Shown: positions 41,334 to 51,648 of the stretch, piece by piece
How positions within the stretch are numbered: position 1 is the first letter of the stretch
Layout of the letters: each line of letters begins with the position of its first letter
Source of the DNA: Candidatus Poribacteria bacterium
GTDB taxonomy: Bacteria; Poribacteria; WGA-4E; WGA-3G
Assembly (NCBI GenBank): GCA_965242965.1
Contig: OZ251518.1
Coordinates: 1,504,001 to 1,568,000, forward strand
DNA: 64,000 nucleotides
Reading direction: 5' to 3'
Program-made: the position numbers and the translations under genes
Notes under the pieces: model-generated
Told to the model about the DNA's origin: nothing
What the model saw: only the letters and a program-made list of their open reading frames with translations
Database searches by the model: none

Positions 41334-41496
41334 AATTGCTCCTTCCGAATGAGTTATGCAGTAATTATACCACGAAAGAAGCGCGATTGCAAATAAAATT
41401 AATTTAGCAATTTGGGTTTTTTGTCAACGTTTTTTAGAGATATTTAGTTTTCGGTTTTGCTATCAATGTTGAAAATGGATAACGGTTCTCCTTTTT

Positions 41497-41975
41497 GTAG
41501 TGCAGGATCGCCTGATCCTGCCCGGTTTGAGATCAGGCGATCTCAAACTACAGAGATGGGAGGACTGATACCCGTTTGAGATCCGGCGATCTCAAACTAC
41601 AGAGGTGGCGAGGGACAGGCCCTCGCCCTACGGTGAAGCGGAGGCGGCCTTGACAACCGTAGCGCGGGGGCCTGTCCCCCGCGATGCCGCTAGTTGTCTG
41701 AATCAGGATTTACAAGATTATAGGATTTGCCGGATTATCTTCTTTGAGTTCTACGATAACGGAAACGCCTCGGGCACGGCGAGTGACAGGTCCAGGCGAT
41801 TCCGTTCTCCTATTCTATAGTTCGGGAGCACCCGCTCCCGAACGGGTCAAGAGAAGACACGCCTGCCCGAGAGAATAAGCCCACCGCTGTAGTTTGTGCG
41901 TGGTTGAAGGTCTGGCAGCATCAAGACAAGGAGGTCTCTCCTACAGGGAAGACATTGAGTTATGAAACACCCTCA
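41497..41975. repeat. REP cluster ending in an orphan right TIR
   Basis: Hairpin variants GTTTGAGATC/GATCTCAAAC; TATGAAACACCCTCA at 41961-41975. Confidence 0.8.
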
Positions 41976-41982
41976 TTTTAAT

Positions 41983-42011
41983 TTGACAAACAATGTGTTT
42001 TGTGATATTCT
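41983..42011 (+). promoter_or_regulatory. sigma70-type promoter
   Basis: TTGACA-17 bp-TATTCT with TG extension. Confidence 0.6.
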
Positions 42012-42360
42012 TAATATCAGCCTGTTGGCTGAGAATACCACCAACAGCATCCCATCGCTTCAGCGTTGGGAGTATGTTAAAGGTTGAGACGTTCTCAACC
42101 GAGAATAACCTCTTTTTTCACGTACATCGGGTGCGGTGATGATTTTATCAATTCAACATTTCATCACCACTCTCCGATGTCAAATCCCGACCTATTCTTG
42201 AGATGGGTAAACGAGAAAAGGGAACCTTGACAAGAACCGCGCCGTTCCGATAAACAGATCGGATATAGGGGTTCCCTGCAAGGGAGTCCCTATACCCCAT
42301 CGCTTACCGCAATCAGAATTTGCGATACAGCGTCTTTTTTCCAAAAGGAGGCATTGCCCA

Positions 42361-43032
42361 ATGCGAAAAATAGCGATTTTCACGCTAATAATAGTTGTTG
42401 TCATAGCGGGTTGGATGCTTTACCTAGAGCATGATAAAAAGACTTTTATGGAAAGTCTGCCGAAACCACCCGAGCCAGTGAATCCCCGTGTGAACAATTC
42501 TGCCACAGCGGATTCGCCGCCGTTCCAGACCGGCACCAGCACCGGCGAGACTAGCACCGACACTGGCGAAGTCTCATCGGCTGTGCCGCAGGAATCGGTT
42601 CCAGCGAACAGTGACACCCCTGTCCAAGAGAACGAGGACATCACGGTGGGTGATGAGTGGAGAATTGACGATTCACTCCCGCGCGACGAGCCGTCCGATC
42701 TGTGGCAACAACCAGAGAAGTCGGTGGACAGAACGCCACATTTAGAATGGTCTCCAGACGAGCGAGCCGATGCGATGCGAGATTCGTATCTTGAAATGTT
42801 CGGCAATATTCCGCAAGTTTATGTTGCATCCGAATACCAGCGAAAACTTTTCAAAAACGAACGGATGACTATTGACGAACATATTGCTGGCAAAGAGGCC
42901 CTCTTCTACCTCTATCCTCAGCAAAATCAACTCATGTTGGAATTGCTCAGGACGATGAAGGCAGCGGGTATCACTCACTTGGACTACGAGGTTGAGTTTA
43001 ATATATCAGAGTTCGCTGACGACGAAGACTAG
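42361..43032 (+). CDS. hypothetical protein with N-terminal membrane anchor and low-complexity linker
   Basis: AGGAGG RBS; N-terminal TM; P/S/T-rich linker; helical C-terminal domain. Confidence 0.75.
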   Translation: MRKIAIFTLIIVVVIAGWMLYLEHDKKTFMESLPKPPEPVNPRVNNSATADSPPFQTGTSTGETSTDTGEVSSAVPQESVPANSDTPVQENEDITVGDEWRIDDSLPRDEPSDLWQQPEKSVDRTPHLEWSPDERADAMRDSYLEMFGNIPQVYVASEYQRKLFKNERMTIDEHIAGKEALFYLYPQQNQLMLELLRTMKAAGITHLDYEVEFNISEFADDED

Positions 43033-43176
43033 AACGCTTATGCCACGGTACCGTAGGAGAGACCTCCTGGTCTTGATGCAATACCGTAGGCGCGCCCGCC
43101 CGGTCTCTCCTACTGGGAAGACATTGAGATATGAAATACCCTCAGATGAAATAGGATGGCCGCAGAAAATGAACCC

Positions 43177-43207
43177 GGTATGCGCGGTTTTCAACCGCGC
43201 ATACCGG
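43177..43207. terminator. long palindrome between convergent genes
   Basis: CCGGTATGCGCGGTT-TTC-AACCGCGCATACCGG. Confidence 0.45.
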
Positions 43208-43324
43208 GGGATTCTGGTGTTTCTGTCCTGTAAAATTTGAAACCAGCAAGGAGAATGTTCTGTTTCACCTGCTTCACTCGTTTCACACAACCTGTAGGAC
43301 AACTCTAGACATCCGTTCTTACAA

Positions 43325-46135
43325 TCACGCGGTATACTCCTCCAACTCGCTCCCCAGCGCATTTGGCTTTCGGCACACGTGAAATTTCCACGTGCCATAC
43401 TGTTTGGCATGATTGACGGCCTTCACCCACCGTTGTGCCGCCTGATGCTTCGCTGCGTCTCGCGGTCTTTCCCTTCCTTTGATTTCCACGATGATCTTCA
43501 CGCCGTTCGTTAAGACAACGATGAAGTCCGGAACGTAGTCCCGCGAGGCATCCTCAAAATAATAGGGGATAGTGAACCCGAGCCCATCATTGCGGACATA
43601 ACTTTTAACAAGGGTAGAGCGTTCCAGTTGAACCGCCGCGCTTCCCTCCCACGTGCTATCCATCGTTACGAAGTTGACGTGACTCTTCTCAGTCGGCTGG
43701 CAGTCTTTGGTGGTACTGAAATCGACATCCGCCGAGCTGCCCGATGGCTTATTTGGGTTGATGCTAGGCAGAAGCGTTGTCTCGCCAGCCTTTTCGTTCG
43801 GGTGAATCGCGTTGAGGAAAAGGTTGACAACCTGCTCCTTATACGTCACGTTTCCTAATTCGCGTTTGTCAGTGTAGCCAAACTTTATCTTCGTGCGTGT
43901 ATAGTCATCTACCAACCGGTAAACCTGAGGGAATAACTGACAGCGAGACAAAACCGGTTTCTCCTGCCACTGAGCTATCGGCAGTCTCTCCAAAATTCGC
44001 TTGACGATGTCAAACTGAATCGTCTGAAAGTGATTGGCATCGTAATACGCCTGCCGGCTCTGTTCAAGGAGTTCGCCGAGATAAATAGGGTTTCCTTCGC
44101 TCAACGTAATGCCACCGGAGAAGACCTCGGGGGCACCTTCAAGGCGGAGTTCCTCCATGTTTGCTACATCCGCCGTGATAGCATCGTGGTGAAGGTTAGG
44201 GTAGCAGTTTTCAACGTTGGGAAACCGAATCTCATGCTGGTGCCGTTCTGGCAAAGCACGGACGCGAGTGGTGGGTTTATCAACACGCACATCCGATTTT
44301 TTCTTCCCTTTGAACGGGATGAGCGTGAACGGGATACCGTAAATGTCAACGTATTCGGCGGGCAGAAGCCCTGTCTGCGCATCGATGTCGTAGCTCATAC
44401 GGCGGAGCCCACGTCCGACAACCTGTTCGCACAGTAGCTGACTCCGAAACGCGCGCAACCCGATAATCTGCGTGACGTTGTTGGCATCCCACCCCTCGTT
44501 GAGCATCGAGACAGAAACGACACACCGAATCTGCTCACCCGGCTGTCCCTCCTTTCCTATCGTGCTGACTACCTTACGGAGGGAATCGGCATCGGCCCCC
44601 TCTTCCGTAAGCCGCTTGCTATCGATGCGGAACGTCTTCACGTCGCCTTCGCTGTTTTTCAGTGCATCAAAAATGTCACTGTGCCCATAAACGACGCGTT
44701 TGCCATTTTCGTCTGCAATCACCTGCTCCCCCGAGATACGGCGATGGAATTCTTCCGCAACCTTCGTCGCTGGACAGACGACAATCATGCAATTCGGTGT
44801 CTTGGATGGGTTTTCATTGAACTGCCGTTTCCATTGACTAGCCAGTGTGATGAGCGCGTCGTTTGCCGCCCGATAAATTTCTTCGGGTGTGGGCTGTTTG
44901 CCTACCTTGGCCGTGATGTGCTCCCACAGGCGGAAATAGTGTGGTTCCGGTCTGCCAGTGCTATCGCTGATGGGGATGCGCGGGATTTTGGTGATGCCGC
45001 TCTCAATCGCATCGCCGAGCCCGAAGTCGCTCACCAGCCACTCAAACGGCTTTCCTTCCGGATGCCCACTGCCGCGCAGATAAAAGGGGGTTGCGGAGAG
45101 ATCTATGGCGAACCGAATGCCGCACGCCTGCTGAATCAGGTCCAACCCCTGAATCCATACGGTGGCAGTCTGCCGTTCCGCCGATTCTTCCCGGTTAAGT
45201 GTTGTCTCAGGTTCAAAGGGGCGATAGGCGTGGTGCCCTTCATCGTTCAGCACCATAATTTCGCCGCGTCCGGCGAGTTCGCCTAAGATGCGCGCAGCAT
45301 AAGCATCCGCTGTTTCCTCCCCCTTTTGCACGACACGGTGCGCCGTGCCGCCCTCTGCATGTTCCGATGCCTTTTCTAGTTGGTGCCAGTTGGTAATCTT
45401 CACCTTCCCGCGCCGGAGGAACGCCTTGAGCATCGGCGGCACTAAGTCAAACGCATCGTAATAGTTGTCCGGCGCGTCCGGACGCAAGACCTGGAGGCGT
45501 TCCTTGATTGTGAGGTTCGGGCAAATCGCCAGCACTGCAGATGGAAACCGCGTATCGGAACGCACCTTCCCACGATTACAAAATGTCCACGCGATGAGCA
45601 TCGCCATGACGACTGTTTTCCCGCTCCCTGTCGCCATCTTACACCCGTATCGGATGAGTTCGCCATCGCGGAGTTGCGCGAAATCTGCATCGCCGAATGC
45701 CGGGGTGAATCCGACGCGATGCTTCGGCCGGCGTATCTCAGCAAGGTAGATAACAGTTTCCACCGCTTCCAACTGACAGAAAAAGAGCGGACGCTGCCTA
45801 TTTTCACGCTGCCAATATCGCAAGAGTTGTCGAGTAACGTGCGTGGCGTTCCGATAGTTGGAAGCACGCCACCGCCGTACATCTTCACGCAGCGCGTTCA
45901 CTAACTGCAAGGTACTCCAGCCTTCTTCCTGCACGAGGCCGAACTGCAATTGTTCATCGGCGGTCGCGTGCTGTTCCACCCAATAACCGGCGGCACGGCG
46001 GCCGCTCAGTTTGCTCGGCCTGCCGGTATCCTTATCGTAAACCCAATGTGCATCTGGTTCAGCGTAAGGCGAACACAGAATCGGTTCGTCAACTGGTTGA
46101 ATCGGGATTTCTTGTTGTTTTTGGTTTTTAGGCAT
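43325..46135 (-). CDS. res: type III restriction endonuclease Res subunit (SF2 helicase + PD-(D/E)XK nuclease)
   Basis: KMATGSGKT, DEGHH, SATP, EQVVGRGLR, YVPDF...VEIKG. Start MPKNQK at 46135. Confidence 0.9.
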   Translation of the reverse strand: MPKNQKQQEIPIQPVDEPILCSPYAEPDAHWVYDKDTGRPSKLSGRRAAGYWVEQHATADEQLQFGLVQEEGWSTLQLVNALREDVRRWRASNYRNATHVTRQLLRYWQRENRQRPLFFCQLEAVETVIYLAEIRRPKHRVGFTPAFGDADFAQLRDGELIRYGCKMATGSGKTVVMAMLIAWTFCNRGKVRSDTRFPSAVLAICPNLTIKERLQVLRPDAPDNYYDAFDLVPPMLKAFLRRGKVKITNWHQLEKASEHAEGGTAHRVVQKGEETADAYAARILGELAGRGEIMVLNDEGHHAYRPFEPETTLNREESAERQTATVWIQGLDLIQQACGIRFAIDLSATPFYLRGSGHPEGKPFEWLVSDFGLGDAIESGITKIPRIPISDSTGRPEPHYFRLWEHITAKVGKQPTPEEIYRAANDALITLASQWKRQFNENPSKTPNCMIVVCPATKVAEEFHRRISGEQVIADENGKRVVYGHSDIFDALKNSEGDVKTFRIDSKRLTEEGADADSLRKVVSTIGKEGQPGEQIRCVVSVSMLNEGWDANNVTQIIGLRAFRSQLLCEQVVGRGLRRMSYDIDAQTGLLPAEYVDIYGIPFTLIPFKGKKKSDVRVDKPTTRVRALPERHQHEIRFPNVENCYPNLHHDAITADVANMEELRLEGAPEVFSGGITLSEGNPIYLGELLEQSRQAYYDANHFQTIQFDIVKRILERLPIAQWQEKPVLSRCQLFPQVYRLVDDYTRTKIKFGYTDKRELGNVTYKEQVVNLFLNAIHPNEKAGETTLLPSINPNKPSGSSADVDFSTTKDCQPTEKSHVNFVTMDSTWEGSAAVQLERSTLVKSYVRNDGLGFTIPYYFEDASRDYVPDFIVVLTNGVKIIVEIKGRERPRDAAKHQAAQRWVKAVNHAKQYGTWKFHVCRKPNALGSELEEYTA

Positions 46136-46229
46136 TGTTTTCTCCTTAAGAGTGCAGTGGCGAGGGACAGGCCCTCGCCCTACGATGAAAAGGGAAGGCT
46201 CGGTATATCGCGAGGGACAGGCCCTCGCC

Positions 46230-49100
46230 CTACGATGAAGTCGGAAGTTTCTCAATCTTCATCAACTCATTCCCGCGCCGATCGATGACCTTCACGGCGA
46301 TGCGGTTGTGATTGCCCGCCGAAAACGGCAGCGACTCTGTCCCCGAAAACGCCGCTAGACTCTCCTCATCAACCACCGTCTTTAGCGAGCGCGCGATGTT
46401 AGTCCACGCTTTTTTATTCGGGAAAAATGACTGCGTGGGACAGAAAGTGCGGCCGTCGTAATCCGTGTCCAAAAACCACGCCGCGACTTTATCCGCCTGC
46501 GTCGGTTCAATTGTGTTATCGACAGGATCGTAGGTATCCACGCCTTCCATCTTGACGAAGAACTGCTCATCATCAGTCTTCATTACCTCCATTCGTGGCG
46601 CGCCGATGACGGTGAAGAGCTGATCGCTGTGCGTCTGCCGCAGCAGGTCTTCCATCGCGACATCCGGCGTAATCTGCACGAGATGCGTTTGCACGCGCTT
46701 GTGCTCGTCCTGAATAATCGCCTGCGCCTCCGCCTCAAAGTGAAAGCCGGCGAACAACAGGACATCATAATGGCGACGCGCTTCGCTCAGGCACTCTTCC
46801 ACGAGCAAAGCACTTACCGGCCCGTGCTGCGGCCCGAACACAACCCCTACATCGCGTTCATCGTCCTCAAACTGTCCTTCCGCGTGGAAGAGATCGTCGC
46901 CCGGCAGTAGTTCAAACCGGGCAAAATGCTTGCGCCCACCTTCAAAGTGGACACCGCCTATTTTGAGCAATTGCGCCATCCGTTCCAGATACGCGGTGGC
47001 GTTCGCAGGCTCCCTATCCACTTCAACAGATACCGCTTCCACGTCTAACGACTCCGCTGGTGGTTGCACTCCTTCCACGGTGAAGGGACCGCTTACGCGC
47101 ATCAGGCCCTTCTGCACTTCCGGCTGATCGACGAGCTCCTCCTGCTTTGCGGATGCAGCGATACAGTCATTAACCTCCTTCATCTTGGCTTGCCACGCTT
47201 TCCGGAACCCGATTACTGCCTTTTGCAACGCCTCGGGCCAGTCTGCATCGGTATCAAACGGCACCTCCCATTCTTCCCATGCCGTTTCAGGCAAATCCCA
47301 TCGCCGCCGGTCTGCCTCTGTTACATCACGCCTCCTTTTCTGCTGCAACTTCAGTTTGAGTTGCTTCCTTAGCGGAGGCGTGACGGTTTTCAGCGCGGTG
47401 TTGAGAGCGGCTAACTTCTCCGCGATTATCGGTTCATGCTTCTCGAAAATGGGGTCCAGCGCGCTGTTGTTCGCTATGTCCCTGAGTTGGATGTGAGGAA
47501 TCTGCTCAAGGACAAACCCGCCGCCGACACCTTCCGATGCGTCCTTGAGTTTGTAGTAGTCAAACGTCGCTGTGAGGAGGCGGGTCCGCGCGAGGGTAAT
47601 CGCGATGCGAGAGGTATCAATGGTTATCCAACGCCGTCCCCACTGTTCTGCAACGTAAGCAGTGGTACCGCTGCCGCACGTCGGGTCTAAGACGATATCC
47701 CCCGGGTCTGTGCTCATCAGAATGCAACGCTGAACGGCAGTTGTGTTGGTTTGCACCACATAAACCTTGTTTATTTCGGAGAGTTGCTCACGCCAAAAAT
47801 TGGTGACTTCCGTGTAAGGAGCGTCGGCAAAGTAGTACTTATAGCTTAGATTAGTCTCAAGCGGGATTAACCTGTTCGCTCTTGCGAGTTTCTCTAACCC
47901 CTCAAGACTACACCGCCAGCCTCGCCCATGTTTGGGCCTGTATTCCTTACCGCGGAATGCAAAAACCTGATTCATGGCATCTCCACCGGAAGCAGAAAAC
48001 AGACTGCTGGTTGTGAAAAGTTCAGCGTTTCGGGATAGATTTTGTCCAGCAGAAGCCGAAACTACCTCGCCCGTTGGCAATTCGGCTTTTGAGAATCTGT
48101 TTCTGTCGGACATCTTCTCCAAGAACAGTTGACGAAACTTCAACTGCTCCCGATCCTTGGCATACCAAAGGATAAAGTCGTTTAGGGTTGATAGATACTT
48201 ACTTGTGGAGGTGCTTCGTGTTCTTAACACAATCTCCGCCACAAAATTGTCCGCCCCGAACACTTCATCAAGCAAGCAACGCACCTGATGGACATTCTTA
48301 ACGCTTATCTGCACGAAGATGCTCCCTGAATCCTTGAGCAGTTCGCGAGTGACGACGAACCGTTTTCGCAAATAGGAGAGATAGGAGTGAACTCCGAGTT
48401 CCCACGTATCACGATACGCCTTGATCTGTTCAACTTCGCGCGAAAGGTGCCTATCGCTGTCCCCGCCGCTTGTATCAAACACCTCCGGTTGGAAGTTGGA
48501 GCGGAAGTTGATGCCGTAAGGCGGATCGATGTATGCCATCTGCACCTGGCCTGCCAAACCTTCGCGGTGCGCGAGCGAATCCATCACCATCAGACTATCG
48601 CCGAGGATGAGCCGGTTGGACCACGGGACATCGTGCTCGTAGAATTTCACTGCCTCGCGATATTTCTGCTGCGGATCAGCGAATAAGTCGCGTTGGACAT
48701 CGTTCCGCTTGGCGGTTTCAAGAATGGCTTGCGCGCTGAGCCGTTCGTGAATGAAGAGCGCGACCGGATCGACGGTAAAGGACGTGCCTTCCTCGCGTTT
48801 GTTTGCCCATTCTAGCCACGGCTGCGCGTGGAGTGCGTCCGCGAGAGACTGCGCCTCTTCAGCGGTTAGGGGCCGCTCCTGCGATGCAGTTATAAGACTA
48901 CAGATTTGTGAAGGGGGGGGCTTATAGTCCGAATCGAACCGGAGGATGGGTTGGAGATGCGGGTTGTAGTAGTATTCTATCGGTGGCATTTCAGCGATAT
49001 CTCCTTCGGCACCGAGCCCAACAGGTGGGTTGTTCGTTCGGGTTTTGGTGTCGTGATGGTATGTCCGCGTTTGCGGTGTGTTCCTATTATTTCGTGCCAT
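46230..49100 (-). CDS. mod: type III DNA methyltransferase Mod subunit
   Basis: YIDPPYG, LDPTCGSGTT; long C-terminus ending IAVKVIDRRGNE; directly upstream of res. Confidence 0.9.
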   Translation of the reverse strand: MARNNRNTPQTRTYHHDTKTRTNNPPVGLGAEGDIAEMPPIEYYYNPHLQPILRFDSDYKPPPSQICSLITASQERPLTAEEAQSLADALHAQPWLEWANKREEGTSFTVDPVALFIHERLSAQAILETAKRNDVQRDLFADPQQKYREAVKFYEHDVPWSNRLILGDSLMVMDSLAHREGLAGQVQMAYIDPPYGINFRSNFQPEVFDTSGGDSDRHLSREVEQIKAYRDTWELGVHSYLSYLRKRFVVTRELLKDSGSIFVQISVKNVHQVRCLLDEVFGADNFVAEIVLRTRSTSTSKYLSTLNDFILWYAKDREQLKFRQLFLEKMSDRNRFSKAELPTGEVVSASAGQNLSRNAELFTTSSLFSASGGDAMNQVFAFRGKEYRPKHGRGWRCSLEGLEKLARANRLIPLETNLSYKYYFADAPYTEVTNFWREQLSEINKVYVVQTNTTAVQRCILMSTDPGDIVLDPTCGSGTTAYVAEQWGRRWITIDTSRIAITLARTRLLTATFDYYKLKDASEGVGGGFVLEQIPHIQLRDIANNSALDPIFEKHEPIIAEKLAALNTALKTVTPPLRKQLKLKLQQKRRRDVTEADRRRWDLPETAWEEWEVPFDTDADWPEALQKAVIGFRKAWQAKMKEVNDCIAASAKQEELVDQPEVQKGLMRVSGPFTVEGVQPPAESLDVEAVSVEVDREPANATAYLERMAQLLKIGGVHFEGGRKHFARFELLPGDDLFHAEGQFEDDERDVGVVFGPQHGPVSALLVEECLSEARRHYDVLLFAGFHFEAEAQAIIQDEHKRVQTHLVQITPDVAMEDLLRQTHSDQLFTVIGAPRMEVMKTDDEQFFVKMEGVDTYDPVDNTIEPTQADKVAAWFLDTDYDGRTFCPTQSFFPNKKAWTNIARSLKTVVDEESLAAFSGTESLPFSAGNHNRIAVKVIDRRGNELMKIEKLPTSS

Positions 49101-49271
49101 GGTTGATGACTCCTTTGGATGCGCGTTGGGCGGATAGAGACATCCGCCCTGACAAAGTTGCTGCGCTGGGTGGCGATAGACAATCGTCCTGGCAATTGGC
49201 TCGGGTTTCGACAGTTACGGAAATCCGGCTTGATGCCTGGGGCGTTGTTTTGCGCGCCGCCCGCGCGGTTG

Positions 49272-51095
49272 CTAAAAGAGGGTTTTCAGATACTCAATGA
49301 CTTCGGCTCCGAGCGTCGTCAAGATGAGCGTAGATGTCACGGTGGCAAGCATTCCGAGGAGGAGTTTCCAAGGGCTCAGGGCTCCCCTGAGTTCGGCGAA
49401 TTCCTGTCGGGCTTTTTCGTTATCCTCAAAGAGTTTGTCAAACTTCTTGTCGAATTCCTCGTGACGCTTGGCATTTTCCTGCACGAATGCCTGAAACAGT
49501 GCTTCGTTACGCGCGTGGCTTTCGCGAAGTTTTGCCATTTCTCGTTCAGCGTTTTCGCGGAGCACTGCGTATGCCTGATCGGCTTTCTCGCGGTCTTGCT
49601 CGGTTTTCTCAAATCGCCGGTTAAATGCCGCGTCTCGTTCGGCATTCTCTTTGGCGTTTGCTTCGATGAGTGCCTTGGTTCGCGCGTGGCTTTCGGCAAA
49701 TTGCCGGAGTTGCCTGTCAATGTCTGTGCTGCGCGCTGCTTCCTGTTTTACGCGTTCCGCATCGTGTTGCGTCAGTGCCTCCACCGTCGCTTCCAAGCGT
49801 GTGAGGTTTTCACTGTGCTTGGCCTGTTCGCCGATTTGCTGTTCAACTCGTGCGTCGCGTTCGGCATTCTCCTTGGCAAGTGCTTCCCAGAGCGCGTCGG
49901 TTCGCGCCTGGTTTTCGGCAAGTTGCTGGAATTGCCTGTCAATGGCGGCATCTCGCGCTGCCTGCTGTTTTGCGCGTTCGGCATCACGTTGTGTAAGTGC
50001 CTCCACCGCCGCTTCCAAGCGTGTGAGGTTTTCACTGTGCTTGGCCTGTTCGTCGGTTTGCCGGTCAACTCGTGCGTCTCGTTCGGCATTCTCCTTGGCA
50101 AGTGCTTCCCAGAGCGCGTCGGTTCGCGCCTGGTTTTCAGCGAGTTGCCGGAGTTGCTTGTCAATGGCTGCGCTGCGCGCTGCTTCCTGTTTTGCGCGTT
50201 CGGCATCGCGCTGGGCAGCTGCTTCCAAGAGAGCGTCAGTTCGTGCTTGACTTTCTCGGATTTTCGCCATTTCTCGTTCGGCGTTTTCGCGGAGAGCTGC
50301 GTATGCCTGATTGGCTTTCTCGCGGTCTTCTCCAAGTTTATCAAGTCGGCTGTCAATGGCTGCATCTCGCGCTGCCTGCTGTTTGGCACGTTCGGCATCG
50401 TGTTGCGTCAGTGCCTCCACCGCCGCTTCCAAGCGTGTGAGGTTCTCATTGTGCTTGGCCTGTTCGTCGGTTTGCTGTTCAACTCGTGCGTCTCGTTCGG
50501 CGTTCTCCTTGGCAAGTGCTTCCCAGAGCGCGTCAGTTCGTGCTTGGTTTTCAGCAAGTTGCCGGATTTGCCGATCAATCGCTGCGCTGCGCGCTGCTTC
50601 CTGTTTATCTCGTTCTGCCTCGCGCGTGGCGAGTGTTTCGACGAGTGCGTCGGTTCGCGCCTGGTTTTCAGCGAGTTGCCGGAGTTGCCGGTTAAGTGCC
50701 GTGTCTCGGGCTTCTTGCTGTTTATCTCGTTCTGCCTCGCGCGTGGCGAGTGTTTCGACGAGTGCGTCGGTTCGCGTCTGGTTTTCGACGAGTTGCTGGA
50801 GTTGCCGGTTAAGTGCTGCGTCTCGTTCTGTCTCGCGATTAGTGAGTGCTTCAAAGAGGCCCGCTTGACTTTCACGGAGTTCTTCAACGGTTCGCTCTTG
50901 GCTCTTGGAAAGGGTGCCAATAACTTGGACGATTTGCCCTAGCTGCTGCACAACCACCTGAGCCTTCTGATCGCTTTTCACGTAGTTTTCTGAGAGGGCA
51001 GCGGCGTTCGCAGCAAGTTGCTCCAAAAAGCCTTCTACCCGTTCAACCTGCTCCTCAAGTGTGTTGTTCTGCTCAACGTTAACTGTATCCATCAT
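49272..51095 (-). CDS. long internally repetitive coiled-coil protein with C-terminal TM anchor
   Basis: Nested repeats (RQLAENQARTDAL; AKHSENLTRLEAAVEALTQ); AGGAGA RBS; TM 'LLLGMLATVTSTLILTTLG'. Confidence 0.8.
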   Translation of the reverse strand: MMDTVNVEQNNTLEEQVERVEGFLEQLAANAAALSENYVKSDQKAQVVVQQLGQIVQVIGTLSKSQERTVEELRESQAGLFEALTNRETERDAALNRQLQQLVENQTRTDALVETLATREAERDKQQEARDTALNRQLRQLAENQARTDALVETLATREAERDKQEAARSAAIDRQIRQLAENQARTDALWEALAKENAERDARVEQQTDEQAKHNENLTRLEAAVEALTQHDAERAKQQAARDAAIDSRLDKLGEDREKANQAYAALRENAEREMAKIRESQARTDALLEAAAQRDAERAKQEAARSAAIDKQLRQLAENQARTDALWEALAKENAERDARVDRQTDEQAKHSENLTRLEAAVEALTQRDAERAKQQAARDAAIDRQFQQLAENQARTDALWEALAKENAERDARVEQQIGEQAKHSENLTRLEATVEALTQHDAERVKQEAARSTDIDRQLRQFAESHARTKALIEANAKENAERDAAFNRRFEKTEQDREKADQAYAVLRENAEREMAKLRESHARNEALFQAFVQENAKRHEEFDKKFDKLFEDNEKARQEFAELRGALSPWKLLLGMLATVTSTLILTTLGAEVIEYLKTLF

Positions 51096-51158
51096 ATCTC
51101 CTTTGTAAACTCGCGTAAGGACAAAACTTGCAAATCTGAAGTCCTCCCCTCAGTTAAA

Positions 51159-51479
51159 TGAGGGTGTTTCATAAATCGCTGTAGGAGAGACCTCCCGGTC
51201 TCGATGCAATAGGGCGGTGCACCTACCGGGGCAGCGGCGGCAGAAAGTCCCCCTTCATCGTAGGGCGAGGGCCTGTCCCTCGCCATCGCTCGCGCGCCGG
51301 GTCCTGTAGTTCGGGATCGCCTGATCCCGAACCGTTTGTGATCAGGCGATCACAAACTACAGAGAGGGAAACACACATCGTGACGATGGAGATCGCGGGG
51401 GACAGGCCCCCGCGCTACGGGAACATCAAGACCAGGAGGTCTCTCCTACGGTATTGCATCGAAATATGAAACACCCTCA
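51159..51479. mobile_element. MITE-like REP cassette 7 (perfect TIRs, TSD GTTAAA)
   Basis: TGAGGGTGTTTCATA ... TATGAAACACCCTCA; GTTAAA on both flanks. Confidence 0.85.
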
Positions 51480-51510
51480 GTTAAATGACTCGTTTGAACT
51501 TTCCAACGTA

Positions 51511-51540
51511 AGTTTACCATATTTTGATAGTATTTGTCAA
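51511..51540 (-). promoter_or_regulatory. sigma70-type promoter facing cassette 7 and the coiled-coil/mod/res genes
   Basis: TTGACA-18 bp-TAAACT with TG extension. Confidence 0.5.
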
Positions 51541-51648
51541 GTTTTTTATGAAAAAATCTGACAAAAACGAATTTTATTGCATTAAAACCCACCCTGTGGT
51601 AAACTAAATAAGCAGATAGCCAAAACGAAATGTTTATAGGAGACCGAA

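Noticed and set aside
42026-42047. GCTGAGAATACCACC resembling a TPP riboswitch core
   Set aside because: It lacks the downstream ACCTGAT...AGCGTAGGGA elements, and there is no thiamine gene nearby.
49119-50942. 607-aa antisense ORF opposite the coiled-coil gene
   Set aside because: Explained by repeat amplification and codon bias of the sense gene; Cys/Phe-rich composition with no recognisable domain.
51141-51165. CCTCA-6 nt-TGAGGG (also 55455-55471) resembling an end-to-end transposon circle junction
   Set aside because: Only 5-6 bp match the right TIR, too short to separate from chance or a palindromic target preference.
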